Of a stretch of DNA of 64,000 nt, positions 8,861-18,279 are shown piece by piece. Made by a program: the position numbers and the translations under genes. The notes below the pieces were generated by a model. The model ran no database searches. It was given only the letters and a program-made list of their open reading frames with translations, and was not told the origin of the DNA. The first letter of the stretch is position 1. The number at the start of each line of letters is the position of its first letter. The DNA is from Acidimicrobiia bacterium. GTDB lineage: Bacteria > Actinomycetota > Acidimicrobiia > Spongiisociales > ZC4RG35. The stretch covers positions 7,208 through 71,207 of the forward strand of contig DATFGI010000065.1 of the NCBI GenBank assembly GCA_035249605.1. Direction: 5' to 3'.

Positions 8861-9577
8861 CTAGCCCCGCTCGATCGCCTCTCTGAATGCCGAGAACAGC
8901 AGGTGATGCTCGCCGTCGAGCCGCTCCGGGTGCCATTGCACGGCGACAGCCCACCAATCGCCGGGCCAGCGAGCCGCCTCGATGAGGCCGTCGTCGGTGC
9001 GGCCCTCCACGACCAGCTCCGGGGAAAGCTCGCCGACCCCCTGATGGTGCAGGGTGTTGACCTTGGCCTCGCTGGCTCCGTAGATCTCGGCGAGAAGCGA
9101 TCCTTCTTCGAAGCGGACGACGTGACGCCGCGAGCTCATCTCCTCGTTGTCGTCACTGATCAGTTCGTGGACTCCCCCCTCTGATGTGACCTCCTGGCGA
9201 AGAGTCCCACCGAGCGCCACGTTGAGGAGCTGGATGCCCCGACAGATGGCGAGCAGCGGCTTGGCCCGCTCGCGGGCGGAAGCGACCAGGGCGATCTCGA
9301 ACCGGTCGACATCGGGATCGGTGCGCACCGAGTCGTTGTTCTCCGCGCCGTAGATCGCGGGGTCGACGTCGTCGCCTCCGGAGAGGATGACACCGTCCAC
9401 CTTCGCAACGAGTTGATCGGCCTCGGAGGGGTCGAGCCCGGCGGGAAAGATCACCGGGGTGATGCCTGCGGCGGCGAGGGAGCTCATGTAACGGGCGGAA
9501 AGAGTGTGCAGGTTGTCCGGCCCGTAGTAGGTCTCCAGGGTCCGTCGCCACGCGGTGACTCCCACCAGCGGTCTCAT
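8861..9577 (-). CDS. Class I glutamine amidotransferase-like, peptidase C26 / gamma-glutamyl-GABA hydrolase (PuuD-like)
   Basis: 238 aa. ...ILSGGDDVDP..., catalytic-type AICRGIQLLNVALGGTL, and HHQGV...VQWHPE. Its ATG overlaps the upstream FAH stop (ATGA). Confidence 0.8.
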   Translation of the reverse strand: MRPLVGVTAWRRTLETYYGPDNLHTLSARYMSSLAAAGITPVIFPAGLDPSEADQLVAKVDGVILSGGDDVDPAIYGAENNDSVRTDPDVDRFEIALVASARERAKPLLAICRGIQLLNVALGGTLRQEVTSEGGVHELISDDNEEMSSRRHVVRFEEGSLLAEIYGASEAKVNTLHHQGVGELSPELVVEGRTDDGLIEAARWPGDWWAVAVQWHPERLDGEHHLLFSAFREAIERG

Positions 9578-10455
9578 TCACTCACCTCCGACTCGTAATG
9601 CTTGGCGCCGGGTCCACGTGGCGCCCGGATCCCCCGGAACTCCCAGTCACCGCCGAAGGCTGTGGAGACCACCTCCTCAGACTGGCTGGGCTGGGCCCCG
9701 AATTCGGAGCGGACCGCCACGGTCCCTTCCACGATTGTATTGGTGAGCGCTCCCAGACCCTCCACTTCGACGGTGACCACGTCCCCCGGGTCGACCGGGC
9801 GGGAGCCTGCCGGCGTCCCGCTCAGGATCACGTCCCCGGGGAGCAGGGTGATGGTGCGAGCCAGGTCGGCCACCAGGTAGTGCATGTCCCACTCCATCTC
9901 CTTGGTGTTGCCGGTCTGTCTCACCTCCCCATTGACCAGCGTGCGGATCTCCTTGTCGTGGAAGTCCCAGTCGGTGACCAGCCCGGGCCCCAGCGGGCAG
10001 AGCGTGTCCGAGCCCTTCACCCGGAGCATCGAGCCGGCGTCGGTGTCGCGGAAGTCGTGGAGCCCGAAGTCATTGGCGATGGTGTACCCGGCGATGTGTC
10101 CGCCGGCCTCATCCGGGGTGATGTCGAAGGTTGACTCGCCGATGACGATGGCGATCTCACCTTCGTAGTTGAGGTACTTGCAGCCCTTGGGGCGGACCAC
10201 CTCCCCCATATGGGCGTTCAGCGCTGTGGTGGGTTTCTGGAAATAGGTGGGGGCGACGGGGAGCCTGGTCATGAACTCCTCGACCCGGCTCCGGTAGGTG
10301 AGATGGGTGGCGATGATCTTGGTCGGCTCAACCGGGGGGAGGTGATGGGCGGTGGCGATCGGCAGGCGCTCCCCGCCCTCGGCGACCAGCTCGTCCCCGT
10401 CGACGGTGACGGTGACGGGGTGGCCTTGGCGCAGGATCCTGCGGTACTCGGGCAT
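9574..10455 (-). CDS. Fumarylacetoacetate hydrolase (FAH) family hydratase/decarboxylase
   Basis: 293 aa. YEGEIAIVIGE and GDVILSGTPAGSRPVDPGDVVTVEVEGLG. Confidence 0.85.
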   Translation of the reverse strand: MPEYRRILRQGHPVTVTVDGDELVAEGGERLPIATAHHLPPVEPTKIIATHLTYRSRVEEFMTRLPVAPTYFQKPTTALNAHMGEVVRPKGCKYLNYEGEIAIVIGESTFDITPDEAGGHIAGYTIANDFGLHDFRDTDAGSMLRVKGSDTLCPLGPGLVTDWDFHDKEIRTLVNGEVRQTGNTKEMEWDMHYLVADLARTITLLPGDVILSGTPAGSRPVDPGDVVTVEVEGLGALTNTIVEGTVAVRSEFGAQPSQSEEVVSTAFGGDWEFRGIRAPRGPGAKHYESEVSE

Positions 10456-10473
10456 TCGGGTCGACGGTAACGC

Positions 10474-12198
10474 CTAGGGAACCGGGGCGGTCCAGATCTC
10501 GAGACCGGGCTCGTTGCCGTAGAGGTTGTTCCATGAGCCGACCAGGGCGACCACGGCATCGATGGTGACCGCCAGGGACATCACCCGAATCCCGTCACCG
10601 AACTCCTCCTCCACGTCCTGGATGGTCCACCTCTGACCGTCGGGGCTGAACACGAATGCCTGGAAGGACTCCTGCATGTCGAGGGAGGCACCGTAAGATC
10701 TCTCAGCCTCCATCAACTCCTCGATGGTGAAGCTGGCGAGCAACTCGCCGGTGGCTCGGTCATGGAAATCGACCTCATGCGTCTCGAGATCCACTTCGAT
10801 CCCATCCTGGCTCTGATCCGAGTAGAGGCGCCATTTGTGAACCTCGCCGGCGACCGCGAGCTCGATCTGGCCCAAGGCATGGTCCAGACTCAGGGTGACG
10901 TCGTCCCGGGTGAGCAGGGTGGGCACCGGATCGGGCGTGGTGGGACCTTCGGCGTAGCTCCAACCCCCGGCGGTAAGGGCAATTCCGCCGAAACCGGCGG
11001 ACAGGGCCGATGGCGCCCATCCGATCTGGTTGGGGAAATGCTCGTCGAGGTTCGCCCTCTCCCAATTCAGACCGTCCTCGGAGATCGCGATGTCGACCAG
11101 CCCACCCTGGTGCATCCCGACAAACCCATCGCCCCAACGAACCACGCCGATTGGCCGCGCCGGGTCCCCTTCCAGTTGCTCCCAATTCAAGCCTCCGTCG
11201 TCGGAGACCAAAGTCTCCCGGCCCGAGGCGCCATAGCCGTCGGCAAACAACCGGGACCCGTAGAAAGTCAACGTCTCCACCCAACCCGTCTCACCGATAA
11301 TGCCCTTCTGCCAACCCGAGTCCTCGAGTCGGACCCATACGCTCAGGTCGGTCTCAGCGGAGCCCACAGTGACGCTCTCGACCTCCTCCTCGGTGAGACC
11401 CAGCTCATCTGCGGTCACCTCGAGCAGATGCAGACCGAGAGGCCCGTACACCACGAACTGGGTCTCACCGTCGATCTGGTCGTAGCCCCAGCCGAACTTG
11501 GTCAGGTCGACATCGACGCCCATATCCAGGATGCGTTGGTTGAGCAAATGGTCGATGTTGGTTTGGGTCTGGCTGGTGACCACCAGCTCATCGGACGTGG
11601 CGGCGACCGCGGTAGGAAATACCACCGTGTAGTCAGAGTCATCCCGGACAGGCACGACCTCCATCTCCCAGTTGATGGCATCGTCGGAGCGCCAGAGCGT
11701 CATGCCCGACGGACCCGCTTCGGCCGCGATCAGACCCTGTGGTGTCGACGCCACCTGCCCCAACCAGTGCTCGGTCTCCAGCACCGTGCCCAGAGACTCC
11801 CAATCCCTCCCGTTGACCGACCGCCATACGACCGTCGAGCTGGGGCCCGCGGCCCAGAGCTCTCTGGTCGAGCCGAACAGGTAGACGATGCCCTCATGGA
11901 TCACCAGCTGCCGGGCGTAGAGGTCATCGATCCCTGCCGCCCGCTCCCACTCCAACGGCTCCCCGATGGCGATCTGGTCGACACTGAAGTTCTCCAGGTC
12001 GAGGGGCCTCTCCAACTCCTCGATGGTGGTGCTGGTGGTCGAGGTCGGGGCGACAACAGCGTCTGGCTCCGGATCTGGAGTGGTCAGGGCTCCGATGGCC
12101 AGTGCCCCACCGACGAGCGCTACCAGAGCGATGATGCCGACAGAGCGTCTGCTTGCAGGTCGTCGCGGCTCCGATCGGGTGCCATCGGGTAGGACCAC
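10474..12198 (-). CDS. Membrane-anchored BNR/Asp-box beta-propeller protein, paralog 1
   Basis: 574 aa. N-terminal TM anchor (VGIIALVALVGGALAIGAL). Five SxDxGxxW-like boxes (SVNGRDW, SDDAINW, SDDGGLNW, SEDGLNW, SPDGQRW). GTG start. Confidence 0.6.
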   Translation of the reverse strand: MVLPDGTRSEPRRPASRRSVGIIALVALVGGALAIGALTTPDPEPDAVVAPTSTTSTTIEELERPLDLENFSVDQIAIGEPLEWERAAGIDDLYARQLVIHEGIVYLFGSTRELWAAGPSSTVVWRSVNGRDWESLGTVLETEHWLGQVASTPQGLIAAEAGPSGMTLWRSDDAINWEMEVVPVRDDSDYTVVFPTAVAATSDELVVTSQTQTNIDHLLNQRILDMGVDVDLTKFGWGYDQIDGETQFVVYGPLGLHLLEVTADELGLTEEEVESVTVGSAETDLSVWVRLEDSGWQKGIIGETGWVETLTFYGSRLFADGYGASGRETLVSDDGGLNWEQLEGDPARPIGVVRWGDGFVGMHQGGLVDIAISEDGLNWERANLDEHFPNQIGWAPSALSAGFGGIALTAGGWSYAEGPTTPDPVPTLLTRDDVTLSLDHALGQIELAVAGEVHKWRLYSDQSQDGIEVDLETHEVDFHDRATGELLASFTIEELMEAERSYGASLDMQESFQAFVFSPDGQRWTIQDVEEEFGDGIRVMSLAVTIDAVVALVGSWNNLYGNEPGLEIWTAPVP

Positions 12199-12288
12199 GA
12201 TGAGTAGACGTTACGGGCAACCGATGCGTTCCAGGACTCGAGCATGCGTGATCGTGGCAGCTATAAGCCACCATTTACTCACGCTTGG

Positions 12289-14013
12289 CTACGGAATCGG
12301 GGCGGTCCAGATCTCGAAGCCCGGCTCGGACTCGTAAACGTTCCTCCAGGAGAGGACCAGTGCAACCACGGTCTCGTTGGTGACTGTCAGGGACAAGACG
12401 CGCATGCTCTCGCCAAAGTCAGTCTCGGTGTCCTGGATGGTCCAGCTCTCCCCATCGGAGCTGAAGGCGAGAGCCTGTAAATGCTCGTCCGAGGTTTCGG
12501 GCAGCTGTCCGAAACCTCGCTCGGCCTCGCCGAGCTCGTCGATCCCGAAGCTGGCCAAGCGCTCGCCGGTCTCGGGATGGCGGAAATGGATCTGACCCGC
12601 TTCCAGGTCGACTTCGATCCCGTCCTGCGGCTGATCCGACCACATCCCCCAGATGAAGGTCTCGCCGTCCGAAAAGAGCTCGATGTTCCCGCTGGATGAG
12701 TTGATGCGGAGCGTGGCGTCGTCGTCGGTGAGGACGGATGGCGCGGTGGGCTCGGCTCCACCCAGGTCCCGATTCCCATCAGCGAGGAACGCTATCCCGC
12801 CCTCGGCGGCGGTCAAGCCCCACCCACTCCAATCGAATCGGTGCGGGAAGTGCTCGTCGATTCCCATCGCCTCCCACGTGGAGCCGTCGTCCGAGACCCT
12901 GACGTCGACACCGGGACCCAACTCCAACCCGACATAGCGCTTGCCCCAGCGAGTCACGTTGTAGGGATCGCCGTTGGTCATGCGGATCTCTGTCCAACTG
13001 AGGCCGCCGTCCTCCGAGGCCCATGTCGAACGGCCCGTGCGGGTGTCGCCAATCGCCAGCAGGCGTTGCCCGTCGAAAGTGAGCGATTCGATCCAACTCA
13101 CCCCCGGCATCGCCCGGGTCTCCCATTTGTGACCGTCCCGTCCGATCCAGAGGCTCACCTCCGTCTCACCGCCACCCGTGATGAGCTCGTCGATTTGCTG
13201 GTCGGTGAGGCCGATGTCTTCTGCGGTTAGTTGCATGAGTTGGATACCCAGCGGCCCGGTGACGATCAGGCGCACCTCCTTGTCGACGTAACTCTGTCCC
13301 CAGCCGAGTTGGGACAAGTCGAAGTTGGCCCCGGCCGCACGAAGTCGCTCCCTGATTAGTTCCCCCACGTCGACCTGACGGTTCACCGACAACACCGTGC
13401 CTTCTTCGTTGGCGGCCAGCGCTCCGGTATTGATGATCGAGTGGGGGAGACTCTCGTCTACCTCGACGAGTTCCGACTGCCAGGCAACGCCGTCGTCGGA
13501 CCGCCAGAGAGTGAAGTCGGATTCGCCTTCTACGATGCCGATCATCCCCTGCGGAGTGGATACGACGGGGCCCAGCGGGTGCTCGGTCTCGAGCACGGTG
13601 CCCAGGGACTCCCAATTTCTTCCATGCACCGAACGAAAGACAATCGTCGCCGCCGGCCCGGGGTCCCACCAGTCCTGGAATGAGCCGAACAGATAGAGCG
13701 CACCCTCGTGTGAGACCATCTGGCGGGCGAAGACACCATCGATTCCCGCGGCGCGCTCCCATTCCAACGGCTCCCCGATGGCGATCTGGTCAACACTGAA
13801 GTTCTCCAGGTCGAGGGGCCTCTCCAACTCCTCGATGGGGGTGCTGGTTGTGCTTGCGCGTGCGGCGACTGTCTCGGGCTCGGGGTCGGCGGAGGTCAGG
13901 GCTCCGAGGGCCCAGGTGCCGCCTACGAGCGCCAGGACCGCGATGATGGCCACCGCCCCTCGACTCGGTGTCGGACGTCGCCGCTCGGATCGGGTGCCGT
14001 CGGGTAGGACCAC
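12289..14013 (-). CDS. Membrane-anchored BNR/Asp-box beta-propeller protein, paralog 2
   Basis: 574 aa, roughly half of residues identical to paralog 1 by eye. Asp-boxes SDDGVAW, SEDGGLSW, SDDGSTW, SSDGESW. Same N-terminus (MVLPDGTRSE) and C-terminus (EIWTAP). Confidence 0.6.
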   Translation of the reverse strand: MVLPDGTRSERRRPTPSRGAVAIIAVLALVGGTWALGALTSADPEPETVAARASTTSTPIEELERPLDLENFSVDQIAIGEPLEWERAAGIDGVFARQMVSHEGALYLFGSFQDWWDPGPAATIVFRSVHGRNWESLGTVLETEHPLGPVVSTPQGMIGIVEGESDFTLWRSDDGVAWQSELVEVDESLPHSIINTGALAANEEGTVLSVNRQVDVGELIRERLRAAGANFDLSQLGWGQSYVDKEVRLIVTGPLGIQLMQLTAEDIGLTDQQIDELITGGGETEVSLWIGRDGHKWETRAMPGVSWIESLTFDGQRLLAIGDTRTGRSTWASEDGGLSWTEIRMTNGDPYNVTRWGKRYVGLELGPGVDVRVSDDGSTWEAMGIDEHFPHRFDWSGWGLTAAEGGIAFLADGNRDLGGAEPTAPSVLTDDDATLRINSSSGNIELFSDGETFIWGMWSDQPQDGIEVDLEAGQIHFRHPETGERLASFGIDELGEAERGFGQLPETSDEHLQALAFSSDGESWTIQDTETDFGESMRVLSLTVTNETVVALVLSWRNVYESEPGFEIWTAPIP

Positions 14014-14075
14014 GATGAGTAGACGTTACGGAGAATCGCAACGTTCCAGGGCCGATTAGGTTCGGCAGCTCAGGA

Positions 14076-15332
14076 ATGGCCACCGCGACCCTCGATCGAG
14101 GCACCGCCGACCCACGGGCGGACATCACCGCCCACGACACCTACCTCTCCGACTTCCCACACGCCGTCTTCCGGCGGCTTCGCGAGGAGGAGCCGGTGGC
14201 ATGGACCACCGAGAGCGACGGATCCGGGTTCTGGTCGGTGACCAAGCACGCCGACGTGATCGAGGTGAGCCGGGATCACAAACGTTTCACCGCCTCACGG
14301 GGTATCCGCATGGAGTCGATGAACCCCGACGAGTTGGAGGCCCGGCGTTCGATGATGGAACACGACCCGCCGGAGCACACCCGGCTCAGACGTCTCGTCC
14401 AGCCAGGCTTCAGCCCGAGGGTGATCGCCACCTACGAGTCGGCATTTCGCAAACTGGTCGGGATCGTCCTCGACCGGGTCCTCCCCCTCGGGGAGTTCGA
14501 CTTCGTCACCGAGATCGCCCGCGAGCTTCCCATCCGCATGCTGTGCCGTCTCCTCGGCGTCCCCGAGTCCGACGCCGGGCGGATGGTGACGTGGGGGGAC
14601 CAGATGATCTCCAACGCCGACCCCGAGTACACCCCGGTGATCATCGACAGGGTGGACACCGATGAGTACCGGCTGCTCCCGTTCCGCTCCCCGGCCGCGC
14701 TCGAGGTGTTCCGCTACGCCGAGGACATCGCCCTGCAGCGGCGGGTGGACCCCAAGGACGACATCATCACCACCCTGCTCACCGCCGAGCCCGACGGCGA
14801 GCCCCTAACCGACCTCGAGTTCAAGAACTTCTTCACCCTGATGATGGTGGCCGGCAACGAGACCACACGGCACACCATCAGTCACGCCCTGATCTATCTC
14901 GACGAGAACCGCGATCAGCTCGATTGGTGGCGGGACGACATCCCCGGCCGGTCTGCGTCGGCCACCGACGAGATTCTCCGGGCCTCCGCGGTGACCATGC
15001 ACTTCCGACGCACCGCCACCGGCGACACCGAGATCGGCGGGGTCCCCGTCGCCGAGGGTGATCGGGTGGTGATGTGGTACACGTCGGCCAACTACGACGA
15101 GGACGTCTTCCGCAACGCCTTCTCCTTCGACCTCTCCCGCAAGCCCAATCCTCATCTCAGCTTTGGCACCGGGCGCCACAAGTGCCTGGGGGCCTCACTC
15201 GCCGAGCTCGAGGTCAGGGTCTTCTTCGAGGAGTTCCTGGACCGGGTGGCCGACTTCGACGTCGGAGATGCGGACCGGCTGCGCTCCAACTTCATCCGGG
15301 GGATCAAACACCTCCCGGTCGAGGTGACCTGA
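14076..15332 (+). CDS. Cytochrome P450
   Basis: 418 aa. I-helix MMVAGNETT, EILRA (ExxR), and the heme loop FGTGRHKCLGASLA. Confidence 0.92.
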   Translation: MATATLDRGTADPRADITAHDTYLSDFPHAVFRRLREEEPVAWTTESDGSGFWSVTKHADVIEVSRDHKRFTASRGIRMESMNPDELEARRSMMEHDPPEHTRLRRLVQPGFSPRVIATYESAFRKLVGIVLDRVLPLGEFDFVTEIARELPIRMLCRLLGVPESDAGRMVTWGDQMISNADPEYTPVIIDRVDTDEYRLLPFRSPAALEVFRYAEDIALQRRVDPKDDIITTLLTAEPDGEPLTDLEFKNFFTLMMVAGNETTRHTISHALIYLDENRDQLDWWRDDIPGRSASATDEILRASAVTMHFRRTATGDTEIGGVPVAEGDRVVMWYTSANYDEDVFRNAFSFDLSRKPNPHLSFGTGRHKCLGASLAELEVRVFFEEFLDRVADFDVGDADRLRSNFIRGIKHLPVEVT

Positions 15333-15341
15333 GGAGGTTCG

Positions 15342-15686
15342 ATGACGATCGACGAATATCTCGAGGGGGCACCCGACCCGCAGAAGGACACCTTGACCGA
15401 GCTCCGTGCCACCCTTCGCCAGATCCTTCCCGAGGCCGAGGAGACGATCTCGTACAACATGCCAGCCTTCAAGGTGAAGGGAAAGGCGGTGGCGGGATTC
15501 GCCTACTTCAAGGAGCACTGCAGCTTCTTCCCCCACTCCGGGACCGTGCTTCCCGAGCTCGCCGACGACCTGGAGGGCTACGAATGGACGAAGGGCACCC
15601 TCAAGTTCGCGGTGGACCAGCCGTTGCCGGAGGATCTGGTTCGCCGGGTCGTCGAGGTGCGGATGGAACAGCTCGGGATGGCCTGA
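15342..15686 (+). CDS. DUF1801 (YdhG-like) domain protein
   Basis: 114 aa. IDEYLEGAPDPQKDTLTELRATLRQILPEAEETISYNMPAFKVKGK. Confidence 0.7.
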   Translation: MTIDEYLEGAPDPQKDTLTELRATLRQILPEAEETISYNMPAFKVKGKAVAGFAYFKEHCSFFPHSGTVLPELADDLEGYEWTKGTLKFAVDQPLPEDLVRRVVEVRMEQLGMA

Positions 15687-16131
15687 GCAGGAAGACCGGG
15701 TGGCGTTTCGCCTCTCGTTCCCAGTCGTCCATCGGGGATTCCCGGTCGACGTCGAAATAGGGGGCGGTCATCTTTCGAACCAGGCGCGGGGCGCCAGTGA
15801 TCTCCTCTCTGAGGATCGGGGCAGCCTCGTCCGGGGAAAGCCGTATCGCCTCGACGGGGATCGTCTCGCCCCGTTGGGTGACCGTGGCTCCACCGGCCGA
15901 CTCCAGGTTCCGGGACCAGTCGCCCTCCCCGTAGACGGCCACGACCAGCCAGTCGTCACGGTGGCGGGCGATGGCGATGGGCACGGTGCGGGGGAGCCCG
16001 CTCTTGCGGCCTTTCACGGTCAGGAGGGCCATCGGTGCGCGTCTCGCACCGATCGGCAGACCCAACCGAATCAGCGGTGTGACCATCCGGTTTCCCAAGC
16101 GCAAGAAGGCTGTCGGTTTGAACCTGTCCAT
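15601..16131 (-). CDS. Deazaflavin (F420)-dependent nitroreductase-like protein (DDN/DUF385, PNPOx-like split barrel)
   Basis: 176 aa. NRMVTPLIRLGLP...LLTVKGRKSGLPRTVPIA...DDWLVVAVYGEGDWSRNL. The 3' tail overlaps the convergent DUF1801 gene by 86 nt. Confidence 0.75.
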   Translation of the reverse strand: MDRFKPTAFLRLGNRMVTPLIRLGLPIGARRAPMALLTVKGRKSGLPRTVPIAIARHRDDWLVVAVYGEGDWSRNLESAGGATVTQRGETIPVEAIRLSPDEAAPILREEITGAPRLVRKMTAPYFDVDRESPMDDWEREAKRHPVFLLRPSRAVPSAPRRPGEPDPPATAGPPRT

Positions 16132-16166
16132 GGACTCACCTCGTCTAGGCTATCTCTCCGGAATCC

Positions 16167-16189
16167 ATAATATACGAGTAGCATATTAT
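16167..16189. promoter_or_regulatory. AT-rich imperfect palindrome ATAATATAC-N5-GCATATTAT abutting the MarR start (candidate MarR operator)
   Basis: Read directly in the 58-nt divergent spacer between the DDN-like gene and marR. Confidence 0.3.
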
Positions 16190-16681
16190 ATGACAAACGA
16201 ACAACCCGGTGCGCCACCCAAGACAAGAGGCGAGGCGATGCGTCGGCTGCAAACGGGGTTGAGACGTCTCACTCACCAACTGCATCGTCTCAATGACGCC
16301 GTCGGCTCCAAGATCGACCTACTCCCGGGGGACTTGGAAGTACTGGACTCGATCGGTCGTGACGGCCCGATGTATCCCCGGGACATCATCGCCACGTCGG
16401 GAATCCATCCCGCCACCCTCACCGGGATCCTCGACCGGCTGGAGGATGGGGGATGGTTGACACGGCAAGCCGACCCGGAGGATCGGAGACGGGTGATCGT
16501 GGCGGCGGCGACGTCACGCGGCGGTGAGATCGGTCGGCTCTACGCCCCGATGAGCAAGGCCCTGACGTCGATCTGCGCCGACTTCAGCGACCAGGATCTG
16601 GCGAAGATCGTCGAGTTCCTGGAGCGGGCGGGCGAAGCCGGCATCGCAGCCGCTCGCAAGGTGCGGGCGGCCGAGGAGTAG
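16190..16681 (+). CDS. MarR-family transcriptional regulator
   Basis: Winged-HTH region LPGDLEVLDSIGRDGPMYPRDIIATSGIHPATLTGILDRLEDGGWLTRQADPEDRRRV. Start at ATG 16190; the 5' part of the track ORF is antisense to the DDN-like gene. Confidence 0.85.
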   Translation: MTNEQPGAPPKTRGEAMRRLQTGLRRLTHQLHRLNDAVGSKIDLLPGDLEVLDSIGRDGPMYPRDIIATSGIHPATLTGILDRLEDGGWLTRQADPEDRRRVIVAAATSRGGEIGRLYAPMSKALTSICADFSDQDLAKIVEFLERAGEAGIAAARKVRAAEE

Positions 16682-16684
16682 CCC

Positions 16685-17071
16685 CTAGATCCCGGCAATG
16701 ATCGCCGCCGTCACGACCAGCTTGATCAGCCAGTCGACGGCGTGGATGGCCGCCAGGCGAAGGGGGGTGCGCTCGTGGAGGATCGCACCGACCCAGAGCA
16801 TCAGGGGGAATCCGATCCACAACACCGCACCGAGGAGGGCACCGCCGGCGAAGCCCTCGATATTCGCGAGGTCGACCAGGGCGGCCACTACTACCACGAT
16901 GACAAGGGTGCGGATGAGCTCCACGGCATAGATCCATCGCCGGGTCTCCTCTTCGGCGGCGACACCGCTGACCTCGGCCAGTCGGGCCGCGACGACCAGG
17001 TAGTAGGCGCCACTGAGAAGGAAGCCGGCGAACGTCGCCAGGCCGATGCCGACGAGATCGAGCTCAGGCAC
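16685..17071 (-). CDS. Small 4-TM membrane protein (DUF1761-like)
   Basis: 128 aa with four hydrophobic segments. Last gene of the ArsR-SRPBCC/DUF1905 operon (8-nt overlap). Confidence 0.45.
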   Translation of the reverse strand: MPELDLVGIGLATFAGFLLSGAYYLVVAARLAEVSGVAAEEETRRWIYAVELIRTLVIVVVVAALVDLANIEGFAGGALLGAVLWIGFPLMLWVGAILHERTPLRLAAIHAVDWLIKLVVTAAIIAGI

Positions 17072-17345
17072 TCTCGACCCGTTTCGTCAGACGCACGGTG
17101 ACCTCGTCCCCCGCCTCCTTGCCGATGGCTGCCCTCGAGTCGGCCTTGATCGGAAGCTTGTGGGTCCCGTCACCGAGCGCCATGAAGGAGCCGGCGAATG
17201 GGTGTCCGTCCACCATCCCTTCCACCTTGACCAGGCCCCGGGTGCCGAAGAACTCGGCGCTCCAGTCGGTCACCACGTAGGTCCAGCCGCCGGGTGCCTC
17301 GCTCTTCACCAATGTGGCGGTGAATGTCTTATCGATCTTGGTCAT
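17064..17345 (-). CDS. DUF1905 domain protein
   Basis: 93 aa. [47 protein letters not shown] overlap with the upstream gene. Confidence 0.65.
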   Translation of the reverse strand: MTKIDKTFTATLVKSEAPGGWTYVVTDWSAEFFGTRGLVKVEGMVDGHPFAGSFMALGDGTHKLPIKADSRAAIGKEAGDEVTVRLTKRVESA

Positions 17346-18172
17346 TGCTCACCTCCGTACATGAGTGAGCCGGGTGTGGTGAGAAGCTCTCCGGTCTCCA
17401 GCCAGGTCTTGAGGCCGGAGAGGATCATCGGCCAGCCCCCGTAGAGCTCCTCGGGTGCCTCCTGGCCGAGTTGGTCGTGCGTGACGACGAGTCGGCAGGA
17501 GTCGCCGACCTCTTCGATCTCCCAGGTGACCCGGCTGGTCCCTTGGGCGGCGGCCTCTGGCCCCCACAGGGAATGCATCGACTGCACCAGCCGCTTGGGC
17601 GGATCGACCACGAGGTTCTCCCCCCCGACGAGCGGGCCCTCGGCGTCCTGGTGGACCAGCCGGTATTCCGAGCCCTTCTCCCAATCGGATTCGATCCTCG
17701 AGCCGAAATGGTATTTGGCCCTGATCTCAGGGTCGGTCATCGCCTCCCAGAGACGCTCCGGGGTGGTTCGGATGTAGATCTCGAACACCTTCTCCATGGT
17801 TTGCTCCAATTCCGCTTTGAGACCGACCAGACCGGCGGCCCATTTCTCGGTGTACTTGCTCACCCAGCGGTCGTGGACGAGCCGGATCGGGATCGGGTTC
17901 AAGAAATGCAGCTTCTCCCGGCCCTGTCGCTTGGTGACGACCAGCCCGGAGTCCTCGAGCAGACGGAGGTGCTTGGAGACACCGATCCGGGTCATCTCGA
18001 ATCGGGACTCCAGCGCCGACAACGTCTGACCGTCCTCAGCGAACAGCGCGTCGAGCAACGCCCTCCGGGTCGGATCGGCCAAAGCCTTGAATACCAGTTC
18101 CACAGAGGGATAATAGGAAACCAGATGGTTTCCTGTCAACGCGTCCCGAACCGTTTCCTCAGGAAGGGGCAC
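17342..18172 (-). CDS. ArsR-type HTH regulator fused to an SRPBCC/AHSA1-like ligand-binding domain
   Basis: 276 aa. [15 protein letters not shown]...[19 protein letters not shown], then an AHSA1-like C-terminal half. Confidence 0.75.
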   Translation of the reverse strand: MPLPEETVRDALTGNHLVSYYPSVELVFKALADPTRRALLDALFAEDGQTLSALESRFEMTRIGVSKHLRLLEDSGLVVTKRQGREKLHFLNPIPIRLVHDRWVSKYTEKWAAGLVGLKAELEQTMEKVFEIYIRTTPERLWEAMTDPEIRAKYHFGSRIESDWEKGSEYRLVHQDAEGPLVGGENLVVDPPKRLVQSMHSLWGPEAAAQGTSRVTWEIEEVGDSCRLVVTHDQLGQEAPEELYGGWPMILSGLKTWLETGELLTTPGSLMYGGEQ

Positions 18173-18279
18173 CCACTATTGAGTACCCGACCGGCGTTTC
18201 ACTCGACGGATTGAGCGGCTTCGATGCGACGAACCTCGGCGCGGAACTTCGGTGGCGGTAACACCTAGTAGCCCGTCCA

